This document shows positions 38,483 to 52,747 of a stretch of 64,000 bases of DNA, piece by piece. Within the stretch, counting starts at the first letter, position 1. The number at the start of each line of letters is the position of its first letter. Origin of the DNA: Chiloscyllium plagiosum (taxonomy: Eukaryota); contig NC_057719.1 in the NCBI RefSeq assembly GCF_004010195.1, positions 10,252,206 through 10,316,205 of the forward strand, given 5' to 3'. Position numbers and translations under genes: made by a program. The notes below the pieces were generated by a model, which saw only the letters and a program-made list of their open reading frames with translations, did not search any database and was not told the DNA's origin.

Positions 38483-39459
38483 CAAACAATGAAGAGGCTC
38501 TTGTTTTTCTTTCAGGTAACATCATCAGACGGGTCAGCCCAGAGTGACAAAGGCTGCTCTCACCAGGCTCCTTTGACAGCATCTTCTAAAACTTCCACCT
38601 TCTGGAAGGACATCAGCACTACAGGCAGAGACAGGAGGCAGTGATGTTCTGGTTATGTCACTGCACTAGTAATCCAGAACCTTGGGCTTACACACTGAGG
38701 ACACGAGTTCAAATTCCACCGTGAAATCTGAAGTAGGGGGCATGGTTATAGAATAAACGGTCACTCAGTTAAAACTGAGATGTGAAGGCATTTCTTCCTA
38801 GAGGGTCGCAAACATCTGGAATTCTCTACCCTGCAGGCTCCATCACTGAAAATATTTAAACAGGCAGTCGATAAGATTATTGAAATATCAGGATTTTGAG
38901 TCAGTGACACAAAAGAGGAGTTGGGGGCCTGAGGTAGATCAGCCATGATGTTGTTGAATGGTGGAGCAGGTTTGATGAGCTGAATGGCCTACTCCTGCCC
39001 CTCTTTCTTATGCTCTTCTGTAACAATTGACCTCAACCACCCAACTAGACAGGAAGGGGTAAGAAAATAGCCAGAATTCCCTGAAATGGTGGAGAAATTT
39101 CTTCAAGCAGAGTGTGGGACCCCTCTGCCACATGAAGAAGTTGAGGCCAAAACATAAAAGGCTTTCAAGGTGGAATTAGATAAGGTTATTAGGGTGAAAG
39201 GGATCAAAGGGTATGAAATGCACAGAGTACTGAGTTGGTTGATTGGCTATGATCATAATTAATGACAGAGCAGGTTCTGAGCAGGCACTGCCCGACTCGT
39301 ATTTATGATGTTTCTATATAATTAGGATTGAGTAACTTCAATTGGATGGTGGTTGTGAATAAGACTTTTCCTTACTCATTCACAGGGTTGTTGGGCCTTG
39401 TTCATTCGGCCAGCCAGTCCTGGCGTCTTTCACAGTTAAGTATTTTTTATTATTATTAT

Positions 39460-39795
39460 TCATTTATAGGATGAGGACATCGCTGGCTAGGTCAGCATTT
39501 ATTGCCCAACCCTAATTGCCTCGAGGACAGTTAAGTGTCAACCATATTGCTGTGGGTGTGGAATCACATGTAGGTCAGACCAGGTAATGATGTTAGTGTT
39601 CGTGAACCAAATGGGTTTTTTTTCCCAACAATTGGCAATGAATTCATGGTCATCATTAGACTCTTAATTCCAAATTTTTCATTGAATTCAAAGTCCACCA
39701 TTTGCCATGGCAAGATTCAAACCCGGCTCCCCAAGACATTACCGGGGTCTCTGGATTAACAGTCCAGCAATAATACCACTCAGCCATTGCATCCT
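39460..39795 (-). mobile_element. tRNA-derived SINE with LINE-shared tail, full length
   Basis: Minus head agtggtattattgctggactgttaatccagagacc; tail ggcaataaatgctg. Confidence 0.82.
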
Positions 39796-39914
39796 CTTGA
39801 TTGATTTATGTCCCCATTTATTCAAACTTATTTGGTGTCAATGGAAACATGTCCAAAATGGAGGGGGAGCAGGGAGGAGGAGGAAAGGGCTGGGTGGAAA
39901 TCATGGAAGCCAAA

Positions 39915-40298
39915 TGGACTCCATTTGCACTTCTCATTTCCACGGGAAGGCAGCCAACATCATCAAAGACCCTTCCCACCCCTGTAATGCTCTCCTACAA
40001 CCTCTTCCCTCAGACAGAAGATACAGAAGCTTGAACACACGCATCAGTAGATTCAAGGACAGCTTCTTCCCTGCCTTTATTAGACTGAATTGACCTCTCT
40101 GAAATTTCAATCTAATGTTAACCTTACTTTTGGGCACCTCTTGTGCACACATAACCTGGTGTGTCTCGCTCTGTCTAAGCACCCAATGATCTATATGTCC
40201 TTGTTTGTTACGATCTGCCTGCACTGCTCGCAAAATAAAACTTTTCCCTGTTCTTAGGTATATGTGGCAACAATTAATCAAATCAAATCAAATCAAAT
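39915..40298 (+). mobile_element. Rex1/Babar LINE 3' end
   Basis: KAANIIKDPSHPCNALLQPLPSDRRYRSLNTRISRFKDSFFPAFIRLN; (aaatc)n tail. Confidence 0.85.
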
Positions 40299-40495
40299 CC
40301 TAAGGACATTGTGGGTCAACCTACAGCATGTGGACTGCAGTGGTTCAAGGAGGCAGCTCACCACCATCTTCCTAATGGGCAACTAGGGACAGGCAATAAT
40401 TGCTGGGACAGCCAGCAATGCCCACGTCCCACGAATGAAAATAAAGAAAACTGAGTCGAACTTACCCTGAAAAGGAGGCAATTGGTGCTTTCAAT

Positions 40496-41042
40496 TATTA
40501 TGAAAATGTGGGTGAACTATAACTTTTAAGAGAGTTGAAAGCTAGTAGTGACAGCACCAAGTGTTCTCAATAAGACACAATGTAACATGTGCTCCAGCTA
40601 CAGAAAATTGAACAGTTGGGAGGAGAACTGTCAAGCTCCGGCAGGTAAACGAGTGCCTGGTAAATAGTTCTCTTAAAAGTACCTTTTTTGATCAGTAACC
40701 TATGAAGCAAAAATCCCTAAAAAGAAAAATGACACAGGAAGATCCAAACAGAAGAACTGAAAGCTGCCTGGCTTTGAGATAAAAAGTCTTGCTTTGTAAA
40801 TCTTAACTGGGAGTTTTATCAGACTAGTATTATGGAAGGGAAGGTAACAGATAGGTTAGAGTAAGGAATTGTAAATAGCTGTTAGTTAATTATTCTCTGT
40901 TATACTTTAAGAAATAAAGTTATTAATTTTTACTTTAAACAGTTCCTAGCCACTCAATGTTTTACAGATGACTGCGTGGGATAAATCTTTTCTGTGTTGC
41001 TGGTTTTAAATTTAGCAGGAGGGTTTACCCTGGTTTGTAACA
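40496..41042 (+). mobile_element. Solo LTR, family 2 (Gypsy-like)
   Basis: Termini T(A)TTA...TAACA; 4-bp TSD caat at 40492-40495 and 41043-41046; AATAAA at ~40913. Confidence 0.75.
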
Positions 41043-41454
41043 CAATAATCAGCACAAAACTGGGGAACACGTGTTCTGAGGCCATAAATAATCTTTCAGT
41101 GGACACTTGGACATAGAAAGGATCGCTGGAGATCCCGCTTGTATCATTTCCAAGGATGGATGCCAACAGGTGCAATCAAAATGGGTCCTGGAAAACAACA
41201 AACGATTGTAGGTCTGACAGAGCTCATTCAGAAATTGACACTGGTTCATTGTGAAATTGGCAAAAGAAAATTGAAAACGCTTTTTAATACTGTGACAAAA
41301 GAAGCAAGGCATTTATCGTTTTATTTGTCCCAAAGGATTCCTGAAGCAGAATGGACGTTGAAAATCCATCTGATCTGTCACATTTGAAATTTCACTTTGA
41401 TGAATAATTAAGTTAAACACAGTGGAGATTAATCATTTTAAATTCCAAATTTAA

Positions 41455-42145
41455 AATCACAGAATGGTTTTGGCACCGGAGGCCATTCAGCCCATCATTT
41501 CTCAACTGGTTCTTCAAACAAACATCAATACTGAGTGCCGTTCTCCTGTCTTCTCCTCAGATCCCAGCACACCATTCCTGCCGAAATAACCAATTAGATA
41601 CCCTCTAGAGCTGAACCTGCCTCTTCCACATTTCCAGACAGCACATTCTATACTTTAACTTCTTAGAATCGTAGAGGTATACAGCACAGAAATAGACCAT
41701 TCGGTCCAACTCGTCCATGCCAACCAGATATCCTGACTCAATCTAGTCCCATTTGTCAGCATTTGGTCCATATCCCTCTAAACCCTTCCTATCCATATAC
41801 CCATCCAGATGCCTTTGAAATGTTGGAATTGTGTACTTGCTGCACAAAAAAAATCAGCTTTCTCATATCACCATTGCTTCTTTGCAGATAACTTTAAATC
41901 TCCGCCCTTTCATTCGCGTGTCTTTTATAAGTGGGAACAACTTCTCCCTATCTACCCTGTCCAACCTACTCATAATTTTGGAAACCTTTCTCAAATCTCC
42001 TCTCTCCCTTCTTCTCTCCACAAAGGAGAGTCCCAATATTTTCAATTTATCCCCATAACTGAAGTTTCTTATCTCTGGAATTGTTCCTGTAAATTGCTTC
42101 TGCACTCTCTCCAATGCACTCACATCTTTCCTACAATGTGGCACC
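41455..42145 (-). mobile_element. CR1 3' fragments (nested)
   Basis: PHCRKDVSALERVQKQFTGTIPE..RGDLRKVSKIM; a second 3'UTR is nested at ~41665-41840. Confidence 0.8.
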
Positions 42146-42911
42146 CACGGCCATTTGGGAAATGACTTTCACTGCTCCAGAAGACAGCGTACAAATATGT
42201 GAACCCAGAAAAGAGCTTTAAGCAACCCAATACTAAGGATTTTTATATCTTGATTTATTTGTTTCTCCCCAGCAACTACTGGGATAATTTTAAAAGATAA
42301 TCAATTCATTCGGATGACTCAGGGACTAACTGTTCCTGACACCTAGTATTCACAGGCAAGTTATCAAAGGAAACTTGATTCCAACCCAATAAAGAAAGTA
42401 CTTGGTCTGGTAACCAAAGGCTTATTCAAAGAAATGGGTTCAAACAGGGGTCTTTAAAGATGAATAGGGGAGGGATAAGGGTCAACAACAAAGGAATATA
42501 ATTTTAATGTGAAAGGCAGGAGGTTTAGAAGGGATTTGAGGAATTCTCTCTCACCTAGAGGATGGTAAAGCTCTGGAATGCACTGCCTGGTGAACAGTGG
42601 TGGGGATGGTAATTGAAGAGGGAAACTGCACAAACTTTAAAATGTACTTTGGATGAGCACAATAAATGTCCATCATATTCAAGGCGATGGGCCTAGTGCT
42701 GCAGGGTAAGACTAGATTTAGAGTAATTTTTCTTGTTGCTGATTCGATGGGCTGAAGGGCCTTTTTTGTGTTAAATGTTTCCATGATCCATGTGACTCTC
42801 AACCCATAACCGAGTGGTTGTCTACTCACTGACCCCTTCAGTGGCCTAGCGAGAAAAATAAAATAAAACTTGGAATGGAAGAATTCGAACAGACCATTCT
42901 GTCCCTTGTTC

Positions 42912-43432
42912 AGAGAGGGGTGCTGGAAAAGCACAGCAGGTCAGGCTGTATTCAAGAAGCAAGAAAATGAATGTTTCGGGCAAAAGCCCTTCATCAGGAA
43001 TGATGCTGGGAGCCTCGGGGGTGGAGACATAAATGGGAAGGGGTGGCGTTGGGGGGAAGGTAGTTGAGAGTGCAATAGGTAGGTGGAGTTGGGTTAAAGG
43101 TGATAGGTCGGAAGGGAGGGTGAAGTGGATAGGTGGGATGGAAAATGGACAGGTAGGACAAGTCATGAGGGTGGTGCTGAGCTGGAAGGTTGGAACTAGG
43201 ATAAGGTGGGGAAGGGGAAATGAGGAAACTGGTGAAATCCACATTGATGACGTGGGGTTGGAGGGTCCCGAGGCGGAAGATAAAACATTCGCCCTCCAGG
43301 TGTTGGGTGGTATGGGAGTAGCAATGGAGGAGTCCAGGATCTGCATGTCCTCAGTGGAGTGGGGTGGGGGTGGGGGGTTGAAGTGTTCAGCCACAGGGCG
43401 GTGGGGTTGGTTGGTGTGTCTGTTCTGCCATT
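42912..43432 (-). mobile_element. Penelope-like element 3' end (GIY-YIG remnant plus terminal repeat with hammerhead core)
   Basis: Minus HTNQPHRPVAEHFNPP..HSTEDMQILD; CTGATGAAGGGCTTTTGCCCGAAAC at ~42973-42997; homologous to 12949-13465. Confidence 0.85.
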
Positions 43433-44504
43433 TATAGAATCCGTGAATCATACAGCACAGAAACAGACCCTTTGGCCCAACTAGTCCATGTTGGCCATAA
43501 TCCCAAACTATACTAGCCCCACCTACCTGCACTTGGGCCATATCCCTCCAAGCATTTCTTATTCATGTACTTATCCAAATGTCTTTTAAATATTGTAACT
43601 AGAACCACATCCGCCACTTCCTCTGGAAGTTCATTCCACACATAAACCATTCTGAGTAAAAGAAATTGTCACTCATGTTACAGAGTCAACATCTTTTTAA
43701 AATCTTGCTCCTTTCACCTTAAGAATACGCTCCCTTGCTTTGAAATCCTTCACCAACCCCATCCCAGGGAAAAGACATCTGCCATTCATCTTATCTACAC
43801 CCCTCATTATTTTATAAACCTCTGTGAAGTCATCCTCAACCACCTAAGTTCCAGTGAAAAAAGCCCCAGCCTATTCAGCCTCTCCTTATGACTCAGACCC
43901 TCCATTCTCAGCAACATCCTGGTAAATCTTTTCTGATCCTTCTCCAGCTTAAAAATATCCTTCCTATAACAGGCCTCAATAGCTGAGCTGAGGCCTAACT
44001 CCAAATACCTGCATTTGACCCATATTTATCTTTCTCAGATTTAAAACTAACAACTGATTCTGCATCCATTGCCATTTGTGGAAGAGAGTTCTAAACCTCT
44101 ACTGCCCTTTGTATGTAGAAGTGCTTCCTAACATCTCTCCTAAACAGTCTGACCCTAATCCTCAGACTATGCCCCTAGTTCTAGAATTCCCAATCAGTGG
44201 AAATAGTTTATCTTCACCTATCCTAATGTTTCCTGTTAACACCTTGAAGACTTCAATTAGGTCAATCCTTAAGCTTCTAAATTCTCAAAGAAAAGGCCTA
44301 ATTATTTGGGTAATCTCTCCTCATAACCTAACCGCTGAAGTCCAGGTATCATTCTTCTAAACCCATGTTGTATCCCCTCCAAGCCAATATATCCCTCATA
44401 AGGTGTGGTACCCAGATCTGCTCAAAGTACTCTAAGTGAGATCCAAGTAAGGGTTTTGGATAACTGAACAGGAAATTTTGGCTCCTTTGATAATAGATGC
44501 TTTC

Positions 44505-45072
44505 AGAGCCATGAGGTCATCTTGCAGCTGTACAAAACTCGAGCTGCACTTGGGGTATTGCCTACGGTTCTGGTCGCCACATTATAGGAAGGATGTAGAA
44601 GCATCGGAAAGGATGCAGAAGAGATTTACCAGGATGTTGCCTGGTATGGAAGGAAGGTCTTATCAGGAAAGGCTGAGGGACTTGAGGTTATTTTTGTGAA
44701 AGAGAAGGTTAAGAGATGACTTAATAGAGGCATACAAGATGATCAGAGGATTAGATAGAGTGGACAGTGAGAGCCTTTTTCCTCAGATGGTGATGGCTAG
44801 TACGAGGGGATATAGCTTTAAATTGAGGGGTGATAGATATAGGACAGTTGCCAGAGGTAGTTTCTTTACTCAGAGAGTAGTAGGGGTGTGGAATGTCCTG
44901 ACTGCAACTGTAGTAGACTCGCAAACTTTAAGGGCATTTAAATGGTCATTGGATAAACATACAGAAGATAATGGAATAGTACAGGCTAGATGGGCTTTAG
45001 ATTGATTTCACAGGTCGGCGCAACATCGAGGGCCGAAAGGCCTGTACTGTGCTGTAATGTTCGATGTTCTAG
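44505..45072 (+). mobile_element. CR1 LINE 3' fragment
   Basis: FWSPHYRKDVEASERMQKRFTRMLPGMEG..FFTQRVVGVWN; same subfamily as 23817-24941. Confidence 0.92.
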
Positions 45073-45074
45073 AA

Positions 45075-45860
45075 GCTGGAAAACCAGTATGACAATTGAA
45101 AGCGAGAGTGGACAAATCAGGAGATGGGCTGGTGAAAGATAGCTTGATGTTTTCAGCATGGATTTGGAATCTGGTGTTGTGGTTTCCTTCCAATGGTATC
45201 ATCGATGAACAATAGATGACAAATATGAGAGGGCCAAGGATATATCCTTGGGTGGTGACAATGGTAATGGTGCCAGAATGGGTAGTTCTTTGGCAGTGGC
45301 TGCATAGAATGGTGTTGTCAGCTGTATCAATGGCTAAGTCGGTCAATAAGGTTAAGGAACATTTTATTAGAACCGCTTCAGTGCATGGCACATGCAGAAA
45401 CCTGGCTGGTAACATTCTATCATGAAATTCAGCGTACATGTCTAAGTGGTGATAACAATGAATTGAATTGAATTGAGATAGCTTTACTGTCACATGTACT
45501 CAAATGAGTCCACAGAAAATTTACAAGTCGTTATTTGTAGGGTCATTCAAGGCCTTGACATGAAAGGGAGGTTAGAGATGGAATGGCATTCTTCAACAAT
45601 GTAAGGCTCAAGAGGTTTGTTTTTCAGAGATGGGTGAGTCAGAAGGGAGAGGATCAACACTCAAACACAAAGAAGTGTCCATTAACATGGGATCCAGGAA
45701 GGATATTCCATTGGTCAGCAGTTTAGTGGGAATAGGACGGAGGGAGAATCGAGTTGCCTGTAGGTGAGAGCAGAAGGGGCACAGGAGAGAGACTACAGAA
45801 GATGACAGTACATGTGTCATGCAACTGGGGAACTTTAAAGGAAGTTTGACCTGATTAGCT
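45075..45860 (-). mobile_element. L2-clade LINE RT fragment, old
   Basis: Minus LLTDLAIDTADNTIL..TTQGYILGPLIFVIY..FQIHAENIKLSF resembles decayed DL..AFDTV / PQGSILGPLLF / YADD motifs. Confidence 0.65.
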
Positions 45861-46599
45861 AATGGGAAGGGAGGTAAGTGGGAGTTAAGTGCTCATTGGG
45901 CCTGTTGTTGGAGGTGAGGAGGGAGCAGACTGGGAAAATGGGTTCAAATTCCTCAGAATTCAAAATCAATCACAAAAATGGTCTGCTTGAACCCGCATTG
46001 AAAATGTGCCAGGAACAGACAATTTGCAGACTTCAAGCCATTCAAACATCATCCGATTTTGCTCTACTGCTCTCAGCCAGATAAAGCACTCTGAATTTAA
46101 AATGTGTACAATTAAGAGTTGTTTCATTTTTCAACAGTCAAAATTATCTTCAATGAACTTATACTAACACAAACTGATTTTGTCTGTGCAAACAAAGGTT
46201 GCCAGCTAATTTATAATGTCCAACTTTGCAACCTATTTATTTAGGAAGATGTCAAGCTTTTGTGCCCTTGGCAAATGAAGCGATTTGCCTGTCATCATCT
46301 CTAACTTCACTGACCTATATTTAGTCCTGGTATAAAATTTGCATCCTTTTTTCACAATTCCCTTCATCGCCTTGTCCCTCCCAATCTCTGCAAACTCCTC
46401 CAGTCCTACAACCCTCTAGTCTCCTTCAACCCGTGACTCTTCTGAACACCCTGGTTTTAATACCCACGCCATTGGTGGCCATGTGTTCTGTTGTTACAGC
46501 CCTGTGCTCTGGAATTTCTCCTGGCGTTTCTCTGCTGCTCTAATGCTCTATTCTGCTGTTGGGTTGCAACGGCTGACATCTGAGTTCAACAAATCAGCT

Positions 46600-47063
46600 C
46601 AAACACACTGACCAACAGGTTCAAGAACAGCTTCTTCCCCGTTGTTGTTAGACTGATGAATGGACCTCTCAAATTTCAAATCTAATGTTGATCTTTGTTA
46701 AAAGTCACACACCACCAGGTTATAGTCCAACAAGGGTATTTGAAGCACTAGCTTTCGAAGCGCTGCTCCTTCATCAGGACAACCACCAGATGAAGGAGCA
46801 GCACTCCGAAAACTAATGCTTCCAAACAAACCTTTTGGACTATAACTTGGTGTCGCGTGATTTTTAATTTTGTACACCCCAATCCAACTCCTGCACCTCC
46901 AAATGTTGATTTTGTATACCTCCTGTGCAGCTGTATGCCTCGCTCTGTCCAAGCACCCTATGATCTGTATGTCCTTCTATGTTATGATCTTGTTTGTAAT
47001 GCACACAAAACAAAACTTTTCACTCTACTTAGGTACATGTGACAACAATGAATCAAATCAAAT
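46600..47063 (+). mobile_element. Rex1/Babar 3' end interrupted by a Penelope family A inverted pair (46693-46901)
   Basis: TNRFKNSFFPVVVRLMN; insert flanked by aatgttgat (46684-46692, 46902-46910); (aaatc)n tail. Confidence 0.8.
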
Positions 47064-48819
47064 AGAAAAGGCAAATAGAATGTTGGCCTTTACTTTAAAG
47101 GGAATGGAGTATAAAGGTCAGGCTATTTTGCTCAAACGATTCAATGCACTATTTTCACGGTCAAGTTAGATAGATTTTTTTGATAGGCAAGGGTTCGTGG
47201 CTAATGCGGTTGACTGAAATGTGATGCCGATACCACAGCCAGATTAGCCTTGATCCTACTGAATTGTGGATCAGAGTCACATGCAATCCTCCTGCTCTGG
47301 AGCCCTATGGTTCCTATAATAACAGGGTGCTTAGCCAATAGATGATCCACCCTATCACTGGATCTTGTGACACTAAGAGGTGGTCAGCTGTGCTTCAGTA
47401 CATCCAGGCACCGCAACAGCTCTGGCTGAGTGGGATTAAAGATTTTAACATGGTGTACAGATAGGGGCATGCAAATTGAGTATTCACTGTAAGTTTAGGA
47501 CAATAAAAGGTTGAAGTTGAATTATTTGAAAGAATTTGCATTTATGTAGCTCATTACCCCAGTCTTGCCAAGTGTTTTGCAATGGCTGGATTATTGCTGT
47601 CAGCAGATATGGCAACTGATTTGTACACACCGAGATTCCATAAACATTAAATGAATGAATCATCGGGTAATCTGCTATTTCTTTTTCGTTCATGTTATTT
47701 TTGCATCAATGTTGGCAGTATTAATGGAACCTTTGTTTTAACATCTCACGCTGAAACAGAACCTCTTACAATTCAGCATCCTCTCAGTACTGCACAGAAG
47801 GGCCAACCCAATTAACATGCAAAGATGCAAGTGTGGCACTTGAACATGTAACACTTTGATTGAGAAGTGGGAGAATGCTACCAACTGAGTCAACCTGGCA
47901 GTCAAAGTGGCCGTGTTCCTATAAGTAATTAACTGAGTCATTAGCAAGTCGATAGTGAGTACCAGCAATATTTGAAGAAAAGGATGAAATAAATATTAGC
48001 TTTTAAAAAAATCAAAAAATACCAACAGCTATTAAAATGACAAACTTGATTAATCTTCTCATCAAGAGCACAAAGTATACAAAGACAATATTTGTATGGC
48101 TTATTCAAGACGGGGAAAAAATATGCATTTTTCACTGGCCCCAACAGAAATGGAAATGTATTTTTTCTCAAAGAAGAGGCCCAGCTTAGAAGGATGCAAA
48201 TACAGGGACTAAATTATGACTACATTTAGGGCACCATAAATCATAAAAGATGGAAGAATTGAGATGAGTCATTGTAAATCAATAGATTCAAAATGTTTAA
48301 TTCATACGAGCAATTTGCAACAATTGCAAAGGTTTGTGGGCACAGTGGGCACATTTTCGCAATGAAAACTTTTTTAACACATTATATAGGCTGGAGAACA
48401 ATGTACAGTTTTGATCCCCCAAGGCCATTTTGAAATCACCAAGAAGATCCCACCTTCTCAACCTCTCCCCTCGCCTGAGGCATGGTGAACCCCCCCAGGT
48501 TAAACTCACCACCAATCATCCCTCTGTAATGACAGAGCAGTCCTAAGGTCCTCTGGGAAAATGGTGACTGTAACTTTCACTTTCCCACAGGAAATAAAAC
48601 ACAAGTTGACTAAACTGTTTCCAGGACTAAGGTGATCATCCTTTCAGTAGACCATGTTACATCATTGGAGGTAAGAGAAATCAAAGGTGTTCTAATTGAA
48701 CGATATAAAATCGGAAAGGGTTTGACATAGTAGATGCTGCAAAAATACATGGCCAGGGGATCAAAAACACATGGTCATGGCCTCACAATGATGAGTCAGT
48801 CATTGAAGACTGAGACAAG

Positions 48820-49385
48820 ACAATAAGACATGGGAGCAGTAGTAGGCCATTCAGCCATCAGGCATGTTCTGCCATTCAATGAGATCATGGCCGATCTGAT
48901 AATCCTCAAACTCATTTTCCTTCCTGATCCCTATAACTCTTGATTCCCTTACTGGTTAAAAGTCTATCTATCATGGACCTGAATATACTTAATGACCCAG
49001 CCTCGACAACCCTCTGCAGTAAATAGTTCAACAGTTGACTACCCACTGAGAGAAAAAAAAATCCTCATTTCTGCCTTAAGTGGGCAACATCTGACTCAGA
49101 GAAAATGTCTCTGGTGTTGACTCTCTGAGAAGGGGAAACACCTTTTGTTGCATCTACCCTGTCAAGTTCTCTTAGAATCTTATAGGTTTTAACAGTGTCA
49201 ACTCTCATTCTTCTCAACTCCAAGGAGTACAGGCTTAACCTCTCCTCATACAGATATTCTATGCCTGATCTCAACATAGGAAACCTTCCCTGGACTGCCT
49301 CCAACACCATATATCTTTCCTTAGATAAGGGCTTACAGTATTCCAACTGTGGTCTGCCTTGTACAATTTTAGCAAAACCTCCCTC
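48820..49385 (-). mobile_element. CR1 LINE 3' fragment
   Basis: LEAVQGRF..YEERLSLYSLELRRMR..TYKILRELDRVD plus 3'UTR. Confidence 0.85.
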
Positions 49386-51289
49386 CTCATATTCTGAGGA
49401 GAAATGTCTTCACTGTGGATATCTGAACCTCACAGACAGTTGTGAGTGCTCAGTCACAGAGCATATTAAAAACAGAGGTTGATAGATCAAAAGATATGGG
49501 TATAGTGGGGCAATGCTAAAGTTGAGGTAGAGGACAAACATGATCTTGAATGATGGAGCAGGTTCAAAGGGCCAGATAGGAAAAGTCAGGGTAAATAAAG
49601 ATAAGCTTTCCACTGGTTGGGGATTCTAGAGCTAGGGGGCTTAGGCTGAGTGTTCGGGCCCGATCCTTCAGGAGAGATGTAAGGAAGCACTTCTACACAC
49701 AAAGGGTAGTAGATGTTCAGAACTCCTTTCCGTAAACAGCAGTGGATGCTAGATCAGTTGTTAATTCTAAACCTGAGATGGATAAATTTTTGTTAAGCAA
49801 AGATATAAACCAAAGGTAAGTGCATGGAGTGAGGCCTCAGAACGGCTGTGGTCTCATCAAATGGTGGAACAGACTCGAGAGGCTGAAAGGGTTTCTCTTG
49901 TTCGTATTTTTCTCAGTTCCTAAACAGCGACCTTCACGTCTTAATTTTGTTCTCATTATATTCAAGTTTGAACATCTCACCATGGACTCCTTAACATCCT
50001 ACTCCTGTTCTTGCAACTTAAAGCTGCTGCAAGGTGCCATTTGCTATTTCTAATGGTTTTCCAATTTGTCAGTGGAATAGAGGCTGTACAAATTTGACTG
50101 TGGTACTTGCTTGACTGTAAAGTAAGTCACAGCACTAAGGCATGTTCCTGACTCCATACTGTTCTACACTTGAGCAAAGAAACACCCTGTCCATTAAGAT
50201 GAACATTTAAGGAAAAATAAATGAAGTTAACAAAGAGTGAACAAAACTGTATGCCAACAAATGAACAAACTTAGTTTCTAAATGTAAACTCTAATTCGGG
50301 CAGCTTGTATTCACTGAAATATGTTTAATGACAATTTGATAAGTCTGACAACAGTGTATTTTGTGCTTGAATGCTGGAACATTTAATTTAGGCACAATTA
50401 TACAGAAATTTATGCAAAGTCCCATCATTTGGCTCAATGCTCACTTGATTTTTGGAATTTTCTTCCTCATGGCCAGATTTCTACCAGAATTCCTTTCTTA
50501 TATTGTTTCACTGAAGGCTATTTTATGACTGTGCTTTCAAAATGGTTACTGTACGTTTCTTCCATTCAACAGCAAGGCATAATAGAAATGGGCAATTGAT
50601 ATTCAGATCTTTGGAACAAACAAGAAGAATCTTTCAGGTATAATAGGTGGGGAGATAAAGGAGAGAGTTTCTGAACAAACACAATGCAACCTAATATTCA
50701 AACACAAGATTTGATGGTTAGAAAATTAAATTGTTTATATGGTCAACCTAATGTTTGAGCCCTAATTGGAACTCAGGAACATCCACACTATACAAATCCA
50801 AGGGACCAGTCCCACACCAGGTCTTTATCAAAACCAAATCCTGCAACACTTTGACTTCAAAATTCTCTTCTTTATTGCTATATGTGTGCCATCCTCCAAG
50901 CCCACAATGCTCTGAGATCTCAGCACTTCTCCGGTTTTGGTCTCTTGCAGAGCACTTTCAGCTCTCCTGGCTCCAGGCTCCATGAGTGTCTCCCAACCCT
51001 CTCCTTCCCATTTGCACTCTATCTTCAAGACAATCCATGAAACCTAACTTTTTAGCCAACGTTTTGTCCACTTTTCCCAATGTCTCCTTACAGGGTTAAG
51101 GTATCCATTATTTATTGTCCGTCACTAAACCGCCATCAAGAACAGGGTGGTAGGCTACTCTCTTCAACTGCTACAGTCAACATGATGTTGATACTCTCAT
51201 GGCACTGTCAGGGAGATGGGTGTGAGACAAAAGGTTATTTGAGAGGCAGTCAATGATCATTGCAATAGATAAACATGCAATATCGGAGC

Positions 51290-51858
51290 TTGACTGGCCA
51301 TTCAGCCCTTCGAGCCTGCTCCGCCATTCAGTGTGATCATGGCTGATCATCCAACTCAGCCCCTTGTTCTTGCTATCTCCCCATAACCTTTGATCCTTAA
51401 GAATGGTGTCTAATTCCTTCCTGAAAACATTCAATGTTTTGGCCTCAACTGCTTTCTGTGGCAGAGAATTCCATTGGTTCACCACTCTCTGGGTGAAGAA
51501 ATCTCTCTTCATCTCAGTCTTAAATGGCTTATCCCGTAACTTTATACTGTGACCCCTGGTTCCCGACTCCTTGGTCATCAGGAAAATCATTCCTGCATTT
51601 ACCCTGTCTAGTCCTGTTAGAATTTTACAGATTTCTATGAGATTCCTCCCTCTTTTTCTAAGCTCCACTGAATGTAGTCTTAACTGATCCAATCTCTCTT
51701 CATATGTCAGTCCTACTATCCCAGCAAGCAGTCTGGTAAACCTTTGTTGCACTCCCTCCATGGTCAGAACATCTTTCCTCAGAAAAGTGGACCAAAACGG
51801 CACACAGTATTCAAGGTGTGGTCTCACCAAGGGCCAGTATAATTGCAGCAAGACAATC
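51290..51858 (-). mobile_element. CR1 LINE 3' fragment
   Basis: LQLYWPLVRPHLEYCVPFWS..TRGHSIKLR..FFTQRVVNQWNSLP. Confidence 0.92.
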
Positions 51859-52747
51859 AATCGAACAATAAGGAATCAGTTGACTTTTCAATGGACATGG
51901 TGTGCAGTGGGGATGGTGATTTAAACCAAGTATGGGGAACAGGCAATGCAAGACAATGAGGAGTCACAGCATGAAACCCCTTCCTCCTTTATGGACTGAT
52001 TTGGAGATCACTTAGCACCTTCTCAAGATATCATTGATGAGAGATGGAATCTGACAAGAAAGGAAATGGTGGCCAAGACACCACAAACTAGCAGCTCATG
52101 ACGTAACTCAAAATGAAGTGCCAACATGGCTTTTTAACCAACCATTAAATCAATGAATATCAAAATACTGCATGAACTTGGAGTGCCTCTAACACAGGAA
52201 TAAAGTGGTGCCTGTATGAGATTTTGAAAGCATAATGGAAACTAGAATTGGCTTTGCCCGCAAAAACTGCAATATTGATCGAGATTGTAAGTGAAATTAT
52301 TGTGTTATCTTTCTGAAGTGTCTCCTTCTTGAAGTGGATTGCAAAAGGTCAGTAACGAAATACTGATTGTGATAATTATGAAATACGTGTGGATCTTCCA
52401 TAGTGTTACTCATGGTTACAGGAGAGCAGTCACTGATACAGCAGTGCTAAAAGCACGTGTTAAATTGCTTTACAGTAACTTGGTAAGTTTATTGCATGGT
52501 CACATTGTTGAACAGACAAAGGACAAAGTAAACATTGTACGAATAATAAATCACTCCCAAATGAAAAATTTGCTTTGCAGACTAATAGCTTGGCACAATA
52601 ATGAAAGTGGGACAATTTCTATGGTCAGTTTTACATCCAAAGGGAAGGTACAATCTGCCCCAAAGGTACTCAGGGTAAAAACATACAAGATATTATTGGG
52701 GTGTAACAAAAGCCATCCAGTTTAAAACTTGCCTTGATCAAGATCTT

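Noticed and set aside
42846..43541. 231-aa ORF as a novel gene
   Set aside because: Read-through of a CR1 3'UTR into a decayed Penelope end; low-complexity Pro-rich translation
51177..51860. 227-aa ORF as a host gene
   Set aside because: C-terminus of CR1 ORF2 running into its UTR; 5'-truncated, no RT core
52339..52725. 128-aa ORF in unique sequence
   Set aside because: TTG start, no recognisable domain or convincing splice sites; length compatible with chance
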